This document shows, piece after piece, positions 1-8,980 of a stretch of 64,000 nucleotides of DNA. Location of the stretch: the NCBI GenBank assembly GCA_041671225.1, contig JBAZBY010000001.1, forward strand, positions 961,130 to 1,025,129. The letters are read 5' to 3'. Origin of the DNA: Patescibacteria group bacterium (GTDB taxonomy: Bacteria; Patescibacteriota; Patescibacteriia; JBAZBY01). A model generated the notes under the pieces. The model worked only from the letters and a program-made list of their open reading frames with translations, had not been told where the DNA came from and ran no database searches. A program made the position numbers and the translations under genes. How positions within the stretch are numbered: the first letter of the stretch is position 1; every line of letters starts with the position of its first letter.

Positions 1-192
1 GTTCGCCTTTGCAATGGGCAGTGCAGAGAGCTTTTCTGCTAACTTCTCCCAATCCTGCTTTGGATAGAGGAAAAGACAGCGGTCGAGGCCTCGTGTGACC
101 ACTGCGCCGGTCTTGAGTTTTGCCTGGAACTTTTTTGGGACTGCGAGACGTCCCTTATCGTCCAGTGAATGATTGTATTCGCCAATAAACAT
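1..192 (-). CDS. mraZ: MraZ transcriptional regulator (5' part; gene runs off the window)
   Basis: Not in the ORF track. Manual translation from ATG at 192 gives MFIGEYNHSLDDKGRLAVPKKFQAKLKTGAVVTRGLDRCLFLYP, with the MraZ DxKGR and RGLDxCL motifs. Confidence 0.95.
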   Translation of the reverse strand, partial: MFIGEYNHSLDDKGRLAVPKKFQAKLKTGAVVTRGLDRCLFLYPKQDWEKLAEKLSALPIAKAN

Positions 193-268
193 GGCAAAAG
201 TAAATATTCAGAAGAGTCGAGGAGAAAGTCCCACAGGGATACGGTTATCCACAGTGTAAGGTACTTTT

Positions 269-331
269 CCCCACTTTTTTCCACTTTCTACCCCGTAAAT
301 CCATTCTACCCCACTTTCCCCTATTCGTCAA
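269..331 (-). promoter_or_regulatory. mraZ/dcw promoter with MraZ-binding repeats
   Basis: Minus-strand TTGACG (331-326)-17 bp-TAGAAT (308-303). CCAC-like boxes (GTGG on minus) at 271, 281, 291, 301 and 311 with exact 10-bp periodicity. Confidence 0.85.
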
Positions 332-360
332 ATACCCTGCCCCACCGCAAATATGCGTAT

Positions 361-401
361 AAAAAGGAACCGGTAGGAAGAGGTTAGTCTTCATACCGGT
401 T
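361..401 (-). terminator. Rho-independent terminator
   Basis: Minus-strand stem AACCGGTA...TACCGGTT followed by CCTTTTT. Confidence 0.65.
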
Positions 402-1126
402 ATCCGAGACGCTGTGTCGAGTTTCCTCCACTGACTCCGTAGAATCAGTCTTCCGGGGCACAGCTCCCGAATGCGAGAAAGGGGGGTGGTTGGCACTCTC
501 AAAGTGCCCAGGTTTGCTACGCGGGAAGAAGAGCCGCGCGAAGAAGGACCTGTCGTCATGGGGACGAAACCACCTTATGGTGCCGCCAAGCACCCGCAAA
601 AAGAACGGCGAGAGTGCCACGCCCCCTTGGTGTCCTAGGAGGGCAATAGACAGGGATGTGGATCCCGCCGCCAGGATCACGTTGTGGGCTGGGGTTTTTG
701 GGCCAAGTAATCGACCGCGGTGCAAGACCTACATGGCCTGCGAACCCGAGCTGACTCTCGAAGAGTCTGCAACGTATCCTGTAATGCATGTAACGAGCTA
801 AAGAGTGGGGCTCATCCCTCATAGCGCCGTGGTCAACCAACACCTTTATGAACCATCTGTCTGCGATGTCATGGTGAGGTCAACACACGAGCGTAGAAGG
901 ATTCGCCCTCCAAAGAAGAGGCGCTTCTTGCGCACGGAGCAAGGGAGATTCTGCTTCTCTCGATTCACTCACGCGGAGTTCAGGTCGAAAGAGTGAACAT
1001 CCCTCCAGCAGCGTCAGAAGCGCCCGGGCTTCCGGACAATCACGGAGATAAACCCCACTAGCGTGGACGGGCAGGGTTTGCAAACCGCAACTGCTCGGTC
1101 GCCGAAATTGGGCATGGAAAATGTGC
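361..1126 (-). ncRNA. Putative long structured non-coding transcript (about 760 nt)
   Basis: Bounded by a promoter (1133-1161) and a terminator (361-401). Many local hairpins and no convincing ORF. Confidence 0.4.
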
Positions 1127-1132
1127 TGGCCT

Positions 1133-1161
1133 AAGCTACCAGCTTATGACATTTTTGTCAA
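1133..1161 (-). promoter_or_regulatory. sigma70-type promoter
   Basis: TTGACA-17 bp-TAGCTT on the minus strand, just after the helicase stop codon. Confidence 0.6.
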
Positions 1162-1164
1162 GCC

Positions 1165-3249
1165 CTAGTACCCAATTTCCTCTGTATCATCCTTATTTTC
1201 GCCCTGATCCGCATCATCCCATTCAAGCTGATTCTTAAAAATCGTGCTTCCAACCCGTTCCTGATATTCTTCCTCAAGTTCCACGCGTTCAATAAGATGT
1301 GAATCTATATCTTCAAGAAATTGCGACGGCGACTGCAAGTGCATTGATGTGGTTCGCATGTTGAGCCCAAGATGATACGTCAGGAAACAATAGGTCTTTG
1401 CGCGCGTGATTGCCACATAAAAAAGACGGCGTTCTTCCTCAAGACCCCCTGCATCATCCAAAGCCTTTGCATTGGGAAATGCCCCTTCCGAAAGATTCAG
1501 CACAAAAACAACTTCCCACTCCAACCCCTTGGCCTGATGCACCGTTGAGAGCACCATGGCATCTTCATTATCGCCATCTGCCTCGCCTGTCTGCGCCATG
1601 CCAAATGACTCCTGCAGACTCACTTCCGAAAGAAACGTTCCGAGGGATGCGTATTGCTCTGCAAAAACGGCAAGCTGCTCAATATCTTCCATGCGGGATT
1701 CCCAATCGGGAAACTGATTCCGCAGATACTCCGCATAATCAGAATCCTTCACGAGTCGTATCAATACCGCGGGACCGCTCTCTCTTTGCTGCGTGAGTTT
1801 GATCGCGAGAGCCTGAAACCGCTTAAATCCCGTTGCGGAGCGCGACGTCAGCACAGAAGAAAAATCCTGGCGCAGCGCATCGGCCAGCTGCTCCTGCCTC
1901 CTGGCGATTGCCGTGAGTTTGCCGGCGCTCACGCTTCCGATGCCCATTTGCAGCGTCAACACGCGCATCCATGTCACTTCATCGTGGTTATTTTCCAGAA
2001 GGCGCAAGTGCCCGATCGTGTCCTTAATATGCGCGCGTTCAAAAAAACGCATGCCTCCGCGATATTCATACGGCACGTCACGCTTCGTCAGTTCAAACTC
2101 CAGTTGCTGTGAATGATGTGAAGCACGGAACAGCACGGCCATTTCTCTCAGTGGCACGCCTTCATCTCTCAATTCCAATATCCGTTGCGCGATAAACTCC
2201 GCTTCCTGGCTCGCAGACTGCGCGGGAATGACTTGCGGCTTCTCTCCCCCGCTCCGCACATGCACCAGCTCTTTTTCGAACTGCTTCGTATTTCTCGCAA
2301 TCACATCGTTTGCAAGATCAAGCACGGGCTGCGTGGAACGATAATTCTTCGTAAGATAAAACGTTTGTGCGTCGGGAAACTGTTTTGGAAAATCAAGGAT
2401 GTTGGCAATATCCGCGCCGCGAAAAGAATAAATGGACTGCGCATCATCCCCCACAACAAGCAGATTCTTATGATGCGACGCCAAGAGCTGCACAATATCC
2501 GCCTGAATCGTATTGGTGTCCTGATACTCATCCACCAAAACATACTGAAACTGCGCTGCGAGTTTCTTCCGCACATCATCATGCTCTTTAAGGAGTTTCA
2601 AAAGATACACGAGCATGTCATCAAAATCCATCTGATTGTTCTGCAACTTGCGTTCTTTATATGCCACGCCAATGCGTTCAAGATCCGGAATGATATCTTC
2701 AAACGCAGAACGGTATTCAAGAACCGTCTCCTTCACGGAGCTTTCTGTATTCGCGGCAAGCGAGAGAATGCCCTGAATGACCGCAGGGGAAGGAAAGCGT
2801 CGCGCTTTTGGATCAATACCAAGATCCTTCACAAGAACCTTCACGAGACTGCGAGAATCCTCTTGGTCGAGTATGGTGAAGTTATTGTGAAAGCCGAGCC
2901 GCTTCGCATGTTTGCGTAACAAAAGATTCGCCACATGGTGAAACGTGCCGCCCCAAAGGCTTTTTGGAAATGTGCCAAGCAGGCGCTCGACGCGGAAGAG
3001 CATTTCCTTGGCAGCCTTGTTCGTGAACGTGACAAGAAGGATATTCTCCGGCCGCACGCCGCGTTCGATCAAATACGCGACACGATAGACCAGCGTACGC
3101 GTTTTTCCGGAACCGGCACCTGCAATAACAAGCACAGGGCCTTCACCCTTTTCAATCACCTCAAACTGCTCCGTATTGAGCTCCTTTGAATAATCCACCG
3201 TAAACTGCGAAGGGTCGAAGGATTTTTTAATGGTATATCTTGTTGCCAT
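1165..3249 (-). CDS. pcrA: UvrD/PcrA/Rep SF1 DNA helicase
   Basis: AGAGSGKT, VTFTNKAA, LVDEYQD, VGDDAQSIYSFRG, STVHQAKGLEW and EERRLFYVAITRA motifs. Start placed at MATRY. Confidence 0.95.
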   Translation of the reverse strand: MATRYTIKKSFDPSQFTVDYSKELNTEQFEVIEKGEGPVLVIAGAGSGKTRTLVYRVAYLIERGVRPENILLVTFTNKAAKEMLFRVERLLGTFPKSLWGGTFHHVANLLLRKHAKRLGFHNNFTILDQEDSRSLVKVLVKDLGIDPKARRFPSPAVIQGILSLAANTESSVKETVLEYRSAFEDIIPDLERIGVAYKERKLQNNQMDFDDMLVYLLKLLKEHDDVRKKLAAQFQYVLVDEYQDTNTIQADIVQLLASHHKNLLVVGDDAQSIYSFRGADIANILDFPKQFPDAQTFYLTKNYRSTQPVLDLANDVIARNTKQFEKELVHVRSGGEKPQVIPAQSASQEAEFIAQRILELRDEGVPLREMAVLFRASHHSQQLEFELTKRDVPYEYRGGMRFFERAHIKDTIGHLRLLENNHDEVTWMRVLTLQMGIGSVSAGKLTAIARRQEQLADALRQDFSSVLTSRSATGFKRFQALAIKLTQQRESGPAVLIRLVKDSDYAEYLRNQFPDWESRMEDIEQLAVFAEQYASLGTFLSEVSLQESFGMAQTGEADGDNEDAMVLSTVHQAKGLEWEVVFVLNLSEGAFPNAKALDDAGGLEEERRLFYVAITRAKTYCFLTYHLGLNMRTTSMHLQSPSQFLEDIDSHLIERVELEEEYQERVGSTIFKNQLEWDDADQGENKDDTEEIGY

Positions 3250-3392
3250 GTGCTTCCCGCATGGTAGCATCGGCGTACCGCTGGGCACAATCCCTGTGTT
3301 GACGCATCATAAGGGAAGGCGTAGGTTCTGAGTATCACGTTCTCTTTCGCACCTTTGCACCTGCCTCACAACGGTCCCAATTGGAGGTCCCC

Positions 3393-3602
3393 ATGGCACT
3401 CACTAGCGTCCTGCTCCTTCTTCCGAGGGTACTCTGGCGGTACGTCATCGTGCCACTCTGGAACATTGTACTCGTTGGAGGACTCCTGATCATCGCCGTC
3501 GTGTTGCTGGTCGGCATCCTGCTGATACCCGGCAGAGAGCCTGACCACTACACTGACGTTTTTCTGCCCGCAGACTTCAGCCGTCCTAGGAGGGCACCAT
3601 GA
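3393..3602 (+). CDS. Small hypothetical membrane protein
   Basis: GGAGG RBS before ATG 3393, hydrophobic sequence, ATGA overlap with the next gene. Confidence 0.6.
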   Translation: MALTSVLLLLPRVLWRYVIVPLWNIVLVGGLLIIAVVLLVGILLIPGREPDHYTDVFLPADFSRPRRAP

Positions 3603-4105
3603 GCTCCTATGCGCCCCTTCCCGCGGATCTCATCCTGCCGAAGAGCATCAGGAATCCCCTCCTGTTGCTGACCCTTCCGAGGCTCCGCCTCATCGAGAGA
3701 ATCGCCGGCTCTACTCTGCTGGTGAGTATGGTGGCGTTGGTGCTGGCGATTCGCTTCGGCGATGCGCTCGGTGCGTGCATGTTCCTCGCGCTCTCAGTGC
3801 TCTCCGCCGAGTACTGGTCCGGCGCCGGTGCGCTACGAATATCCGGATACTACGTCCGACTCTTCAAGCACTGCTGGATCCGGAAGGCGCTGCTCTCCAT
3901 CCCCGCCCTGCTGTATGGGGTATGGCTCATCCGGAGCCCGCACTCCGGATTCAGCGAGACCGACATCGCGGCCGGTATCGTCGTGCTGATCAGCAGCATC
4001 GCGCTGCTCCTCCCCACCTGCGACTGGAAAGGCCTCACCGATCCCTTCATCGCAGAGGACGACCCTGATTGTGCGGATGCCCGGCATCCCCGCGTCGACG
4101 ACTGA
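3599..4105 (+). CDS. Hypothetical membrane protein (about 4 TM)
   Basis: AGGAGG RBS, four hydrophobic segments, GC-rich codon use. Confidence 0.65.
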   Translation: MSSYAPLPADLILPKSIRNPLLLLTLPRLRLIERIAGSTLLVSMVALVLAIRFGDALGACMFLALSVLSAEYWSGAGALRISGYYVRLFKHCWIRKALLSIPALLYGVWLIRSPHSGFSETDIAAGIVVLISSIALLLPTCDWKGLTDPFIAEDDPDCADARHPRVDD

Positions 4106-4211
4106 CGCTGCCACCACCGCAGTACCCACGCTCCTTTCCCCAACAACCTTGCTTCGCAACAACGACCTCGGTTCCGCACCCGAGGTCTTGCTCTATGTGG
4201 ATAACCACATC

Positions 4212-4240
4212 TTGACTTCGGTTTTTATTCGGTATATCCT
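4212..4240 (+). promoter_or_regulatory. Promoter of the hyp-lexA operon containing a putative LexA box
   Basis: TTGACT (4212)-17 bp-TATCCT (4235). The direct repeat TTCGG-TTTTTA-TTCGG (4217-4232) fills the spacer. Confidence 0.75.
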
Positions 4241-4250
4241 TCTTTCTACT

Positions 4251-4592
4251 ATGACCTACTACACCGGAATGATTATCAAAGAGAGCATTAAAGACGAAAA
4301 ACTTCTAAAGAACTTTGACGTGACCGAAGAACAGACATCAGATACCAGCGGCTGGCACATTGTGAATATCCGTATCCCCTCTCCATACATCGGCTTGGTT
4401 TTGCCAAGCATTCAATATGAGTTGAATGAAGAAGGCCGATGGTACGTTCAGCTTTCAAATGGCATGGAGCGTATTATCGTATTTGCAAAGAAAGTTTTCC
4501 GCTTCTCACGCTGGGATGTAGCCGCACAAGAAGCAGCCCGCACCTATGGCACAAGTCTTGGAATTTCAACAAAGTATCTCCGCTTTACATAA
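4251..4592 (+). CDS. Hypothetical protein, first gene of the lexA operon
   Basis: ORF MTYYTGMIIKESI... ending 1 nt before lexA. The upstream extension in the ORF track runs over the promoter. Confidence 0.7.
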   Translation: MTYYTGMIIKESIKDEKLLKNFDVTEEQTSDTSGWHIVNIRIPSPYIGLVLPSIQYELNEEGRWYVQLSNGMERIIVFAKKVFRFSRWDVAAQEAARTYGTSLGISTKYLRFT

Positions 4593-4593
4593 C

Positions 4594-5226
4594 ATGGCAT
4601 ACGTTCTCCCAAGAAAAAAACAAGAAATCCTCGCATATCTCGAGGACTATATTGAAAAAGAAGGCTTTGCGCCGACACTCACAGAAATTGCAAAGCAGTT
4701 GAAAGTACACTCACTCGCAACCATTCATGAGCATCTCACATATCTTGAAGAAAGAAAGTTTATTGCTCGTGATGCACGACAGGAGCGCGGTATCCGCATT
4801 CTCAGAACGACACGCAAAACAAAAGAGTCAAGAGAAATTGGTAACGATGCGATCAGCCTTCCGTTGGTTGGTCTCATTACTGCGGGAGAGCCGATTGAAG
4901 CAATAGAAAATATCGACCGGCATATTCCCGTTGCAAAAGAAATGGTTCGCGGTAAGAACGCCTATGTCTTGAAGGTGCAGGGTGACTCCATGATCGAAAG
5001 CCTCATTCAGGATGGTGACTATGTCGTTGTTGAAAAAACAGAGTACGCACAGAATGGGGATACGGTTGTTGCATTGTTAGAAGATGGAACAGCAACGCTC
5101 AAAAAATTCTTTAAAGATAAACACTACATTCGTCTGCAACCAGCAAATAAGAAGTATAAGCCGCGTCTGGTGAAAAATCTCGTCATTCAGGGCAAGGTGC
5201 TTGGCATCATCCGTTCTTTTGCCTAA
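4594..5226 (+). CDS. lexA: LexA SOS repressor
   Basis: wHTH GFAPTLTEIA, Ala-Gly cleavage site TAGEP, catalytic Ser (GDSM) and Lys (TLKK). Confidence 0.95.
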   Translation: MAYVLPRKKQEILAYLEDYIEKEGFAPTLTEIAKQLKVHSLATIHEHLTYLEERKFIARDARQERGIRILRTTRKTKESREIGNDAISLPLVGLITAGEPIEAIENIDRHIPVAKEMVRGKNAYVLKVQGDSMIESLIQDGDYVVVEKTEYAQNGDTVVALLEDGTATLKKFFKDKHYIRLQPANKKYKPRLVKNLVIQGKVLGIIRSFA

Positions 5227-5244
5227 AAAAATTTACTTTTTATC

Positions 5245-5260
5245 TTCGATTTTTATTCGG
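5245..5260 (+). promoter_or_regulatory. Putative LexA box upstream of dinB
   Basis: TTCGA-TTTTTA-TTCGG, 15/16 identical to the box at 4217-4232. Confidence 0.75.
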
Positions 5261-5347
5261 TAATGACTTCTCCGCGTATGGCGGATCCGCCGAAGTCCCG
5301 CTAAAGCGGGACGAAGGCGGAGGTTTTTCTTCGGTAAAAGATATTCC

Positions 5348-6556
5348 ATGAAACCCGTTATTCTCCATTGCGATCTCGATGCCTTCTTCGCCTCTGTTGA
5401 AGAGGTGCTGCATCCCGAACTTAAGGGTAAGCCTTTGATCGTTGGTGGAAACCCAGAAAAGCACCCAAAAACGCGGGGCATCGTTGCATGCCCTTCATAC
5501 GCTGCGCGGGCGCTCGGTATTAAAACGGCAATGCCGCTTAAAAAAGCATACCGTATCGCACCGCAAGCGATCTACCTTGAAGGAAGCTTTGCTCATTACC
5601 GTCAATTCTCAGAGCGCTTCTTTCAGATTCTTGCTGAATACAGTAATCATTTGGAACCGCGTTCACTGGATGAGGCATTCATTGATGTAACGCCAATAAC
5701 CTCATGGGTGATGGCGCATGAGTTGGCACAAGAAATCCGTGACCGCGTCCGTACTGAACTCGGCCTTGCGGTAAGTATTGGTGTGGGTACAAGCAAAACA
5801 ATCGCAAAGATCGCCTCCGAAGAAGCAAAGCCTAATGGAATGTGTGTTGTACATCCTGGCACAGAAGAACGATTTCTTGCTCCCCTGCCCGCATCTGCCA
5901 TGCCCGGTATTGGCAAGCAAACCCAAAAGTACCTTCGTATGAATGGATTACATACCATAGGCGACATTGCGCGCCTACCAGAACGACGAGTGATCCAACT
6001 TTTTGGATGGCGCGGAACCATACTGCAAGATAGGGCTCGTGGAATCGATACAAGACCAGTAAAAGCTTATGAGGATGTAAAGTCCGTGGGTCACGCTCAC
6101 ACCTTCAACGACGATCTCACAGATACAAAAGCGCTGCTGAGTACCGCTTCATATCTTTTAGAAAAAGCAGCGAGTAGGCTTCGGCGCCACAATACATATG
6201 CGCATGTCATAAAAATCACCATCCGATACTACGACTTCACGACAGAAAGCAAACAGTTGCGCCTGCAACACCCAACAGATGACCAGCATTTACTGTATGA
6301 AAAAATTGAACAGCTTTTTCATGTGCTCAGAAAACCGCGCCCCATAAGACTCATCGGAGTCACGCTCAGCGAGCTCACGCCAAATCCGCGCCAGCATTCC
6401 TTCCCATTCTCACGATTGATGCGCATTCAGCATATTCAACGTGCCGTAGACACGCTCAGAGACCGCTTTGGTTTTGAAGCGGTTCTTTCTGGCAGTACGA
6501 TGCCAGTCAAACGCGCCTTTGGCAACGCTGGGCGCACGCTCTTCTATCAGCGTTGA
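5348..6556 (+). CDS. dinB: DNA polymerase IV (Y family)
   Basis: CDLDAFFASVE, SYAAR and SLDEAF motifs plus the little-finger domain. Confidence 0.95.
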   Translation: MKPVILHCDLDAFFASVEEVLHPELKGKPLIVGGNPEKHPKTRGIVACPSYAARALGIKTAMPLKKAYRIAPQAIYLEGSFAHYRQFSERFFQILAEYSNHLEPRSLDEAFIDVTPITSWVMAHELAQEIRDRVRTELGLAVSIGVGTSKTIAKIASEEAKPNGMCVVHPGTEERFLAPLPASAMPGIGKQTQKYLRMNGLHTIGDIARLPERRVIQLFGWRGTILQDRARGIDTRPVKAYEDVKSVGHAHTFNDDLTDTKALLSTASYLLEKAASRLRRHNTYAHVIKITIRYYDFTTESKQLRLQHPTDDQHLLYEKIEQLFHVLRKPRPIRLIGVTLSELTPNPRQHSFPFSRLMRIQHIQRAVDTLRDRFGFEAVLSGSTMPVKRAFGNAGRTLFYQR

Positions 6557-6990
6557 TGCCGTATTCTTTGCGGCATTCTGCGCACCTTTGATTTGGAAAT
6601 GTTGGGTGCCTTGTGATAGCGCGGAATAAGATACACACCTGCTGTACTCCTTTTTAGAACAACTGCGCCCTTGTGCAGTAATTGCGTAAGTGAAGGAGTG
6701 CCAGAAATCTTTACCGCAGTGACAGGAATATTCTCTGAAAGCGCCAGAGCATTTGTGAGCAAAATACCAAGACGCACGCCGCTGAAGGTTCCGGCCGCAT
6801 CCCGCACAATAACGCCACTGAGATCGTTGCCTGTTGTATGCTTTTTTAAGAAACGCAAAAGCAGCGCGGTGGCATCAAGGCGCTCATCCTTTTTCGGGTG
6901 ATGCGCTTCGCTCTTTTTGATCCTGAGCCCATTGATTGAAATTCCAAAACGCAGCGTCTGCGGATCAGTAGTGTCGAGGACAAGGATCAT
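6547..6990 (-). CDS. tsaB: TsaB-like t6A biosynthesis protein (short CPR type)
   Basis: MILVLDT N-terminus and GTFSGVRLG motif (compare GSFTGxRIG). Confidence 0.7.
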   Translation of the reverse strand: MILVLDTTDPQTLRFGISINGLRIKKSEAHHPKKDERLDATALLLRFLKKHTTGNDLSGVIVRDAAGTFSGVRLGILLTNALALSENIPVTAVKISGTPSLTQLLHKGAVVLKRSTAGVYLIPRYHKAPNISKSKVRRMPQRIRHQR

Positions 6991-8297
6991 AAAAGGTCTA
7001 CGCGCCGCAAATACTCACGAATATGCTTTCGAAGATTCTTTTTCGGCAACTTCTTTGGATCAACCCACATGGCATCCACATTCTCCCAGTTGAGTTTTAC
7101 GCGAGCAGTGTCGGATTCTACATGATAGATGTATTTACGCCTTCGTAGTGGATCACCTGGGTCGACCCGAAGCCAATAGGCTTTTTTGCGTATGGCAAGA
7201 TAGGCACGCGGAATCCCTGATTCTTCTTCTGTTTCTTCCAAGGCCTTCTTGTCGGGTATTTCATGCGAATCCAACCCTCCACCAATAACATCCCACTGCA
7301 AATGTGCAGTATAAACGCGCGTACTCCGCTTAAGAAGCAATACTTTTCCTTGATGCGTAACGGCGACTTTAACCGATGTTAACACCTTCTGGCCAAGACG
7401 CAATGTAAAAAAATCAGCAACCGCGCGGATGAGTTCATGCTCATGTTTCTTATTTGAAAAATCATGAACGGTGCCAAAAATCGTGTGAAGCGCCTTCAAT
7501 GATGCTTCAGACCCCAATTCCTGATAAAAGCGCTTTGAGTGGTACAACGGCACTATTTCATCCTTTGTTCCATGTATAATCAGGACCGGCCCATGTATCT
7601 GCTCAGCATCCTGAAGAAATGACGGATGCTTTTGATTTTCTGTGAAAAATGATCGGCTAACACGCCGCTTGTTTCCAGGGGTGGCCTCTTCATCAACATA
7701 ACTATGCGTCTTTAAAAACTCGCGTTCATCATAGGAGAGCAAACTTTCATGCACCTGTTTTGGAAAAACAACAGGCGCAACAAGTACGGTAGCGAGTAAT
7801 GTGGGATCTTGCGCAACCACCTGCAGCGTTACGCCTCCACCCTGGCTAAAGCCTGCCATGCCAATGCGACGCACTCCTTTTTTTTTCAACCAACGTATTG
7901 CATCCTGTGCGTCTTTCACGCCACGGGAATACGTAAAATCTTTGAAGGCTCCGTAGCTCTTCCCGTGCCCATTCAAAGAAAGACCAAGTGCCGCGATACC
8001 CTTCCCATTCAAAGCGCGATAAAAATTGTTATACCAAATCTGGCGATGGTCATCCATCCTGCCCGGCAAAAAAACCACCACAGGCGTATCTCGTAGATTG
8101 TGTTTCTTGGGTATATACAGCGTCCCTAAAAGCGTGCCGCGCGGGGTACGGATACGCACATCAGTTACAGACTTTTGTATTTTTCTCCTACGAGCGACAA
8201 CCCTCTTCACTTTTCCCTTCCTCTTCAAGATGGACTTCTTTGTCCGTACGACGATTCCTCTTCGCCGTATTGGTTTCTTTTTTTTATGTTTTCTCAT
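6987..8297 (-). CDS. Alpha/beta hydrolase fused to a NUDIX domain, with a basic N-terminal tail
   Basis: GHGKS, GFSQGG nucleophile, HGTKDEIVP and a His near TVHDF. NUDIX box GGGLDSHEIPDKKALEETEEESGI. Confidence 0.8.
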   Translation of the reverse strand: MRKHKKKKPIRRRGIVVRTKKSILKRKGKVKRVVARRRKIQKSVTDVRIRTPRGTLLGTLYIPKKHNLRDTPVVVFLPGRMDDHRQIWYNNFYRALNGKGIAALGLSLNGHGKSYGAFKDFTYSRGVKDAQDAIRWLKKKGVRRIGMAGFSQGGGVTLQVVAQDPTLLATVLVAPVVFPKQVHESLLSYDEREFLKTHSYVDEEATPGNKRRVSRSFFTENQKHPSFLQDAEQIHGPVLIIHGTKDEIVPLYHSKRFYQELGSEASLKALHTIFGTVHDFSNKKHEHELIRAVADFFTLRLGQKVLTSVKVAVTHQGKVLLLKRSTRVYTAHLQWDVIGGGLDSHEIPDKKALEETEEESGIPRAYLAIRKKAYWLRVDPGDPLRRRKYIYHVESDTARVKLNWENVDAMWVDPKKLPKKNLRKHIREYLRRVDLL

Positions 8298-8899
8298 AAG
8301 GCAAGCGATGCATCTCGTTCCTCTGCCGATGCATGTAATTGATTATAAAGAATAATATGCTCGTCGCCAAGAATGCGATAGAGAAAGCGATCTGTCACCT
8401 GACGACGATAATCAAAATCTTTGCGCGTCATTGTTGTATAGCGAATCTCTCGATCAAATAATTTGGAGAAGCCATTCACGAGTCGAACAAATTTTCTTTT
8501 ATTCACCTGACCAACCACAAGAAGATCAATGAGGCTATCATTCAGGCCAACAAAAAATCCACTCAAAAGAATAAGTTTTATGCGTCCGGTTTCTTGAATC
8601 TTCTCGGCAAAGTCCTGCTCCAGAAGGAGGTCTGCCTTCACAAATAGACCTTTCATCTCCGGAAAGAGAACATTGTCTGGATTCGCGCGATAATATTTCT
8701 TCTGCTCTTTTGTTTCTGATTGCACAAAGCCAATTTTTTCCAAAAGACCCAGTTCACGACGAACTGAATTCATATGCTCTCCGACTTTACGTGAGAGCTC
8801 CCGGACGAAGTAGGTGGAGTCCGCATCCGACGTAAAAAGGCGGAGAAGCTTCACTCGCGTCCGTGAACCAAAAATGTGTTCAAGGCTTGATTGCATCAC
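8294..8899 (-). CDS. Winged-helix (ArsR-like) protein with a nucleotidyltransferase-like C-terminus
   Basis: FGSRTRVKLL...YFVRELSR...NSVRREL HTH; C-terminal LSG...IDLLVVG. Confidence 0.75.
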   Translation of the reverse strand: MMQSSLEHIFGSRTRVKLLRLFTSDADSTYFVRELSRKVGEHMNSVRRELGLLEKIGFVQSETKEQKKYYRANPDNVLFPEMKGLFVKADLLLEQDFAEKIQETGRIKLILLSGFFVGLNDSLIDLLVVGQVNKRKFVRLVNGFSKLFDREIRYTTMTRKDFDYRRQVTDRFLYRILGDEHIILYNQLHASAEERDASLAL

Positions 8900-8980
8900 A
8901 TTGCGTCAAGGATACCCTCATAGTATAATCATATCGCTTTATCCAGGCAACGTCTGTACGTCCTGACCCGCATTTTAGCC

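Noticed and set aside
245-253. oriC, suggested by DnaA boxes at 245, 4196 and 37379
   Set aside because: The boxes are isolated single copies with no cluster, no unwinding element and no dnaA/dnaN nearby.
361-1126. RNase P RNA, tmRNA or self-splicing intron upstream of mraZ
   Set aside because: I found no GAGGAAAGUCC with a matching 3' P4 partner (only GGAGGAAACTC near the 3' end), no tRNA-like ends and no recognisable group II domain V. An Infernal search is needed to exclude these fully.
1165-3249. Gabija system (UvrD + OLD)
   Set aside because: The helicase is a full-length housekeeping PcrA located 26 kb from the OLD-like gene.
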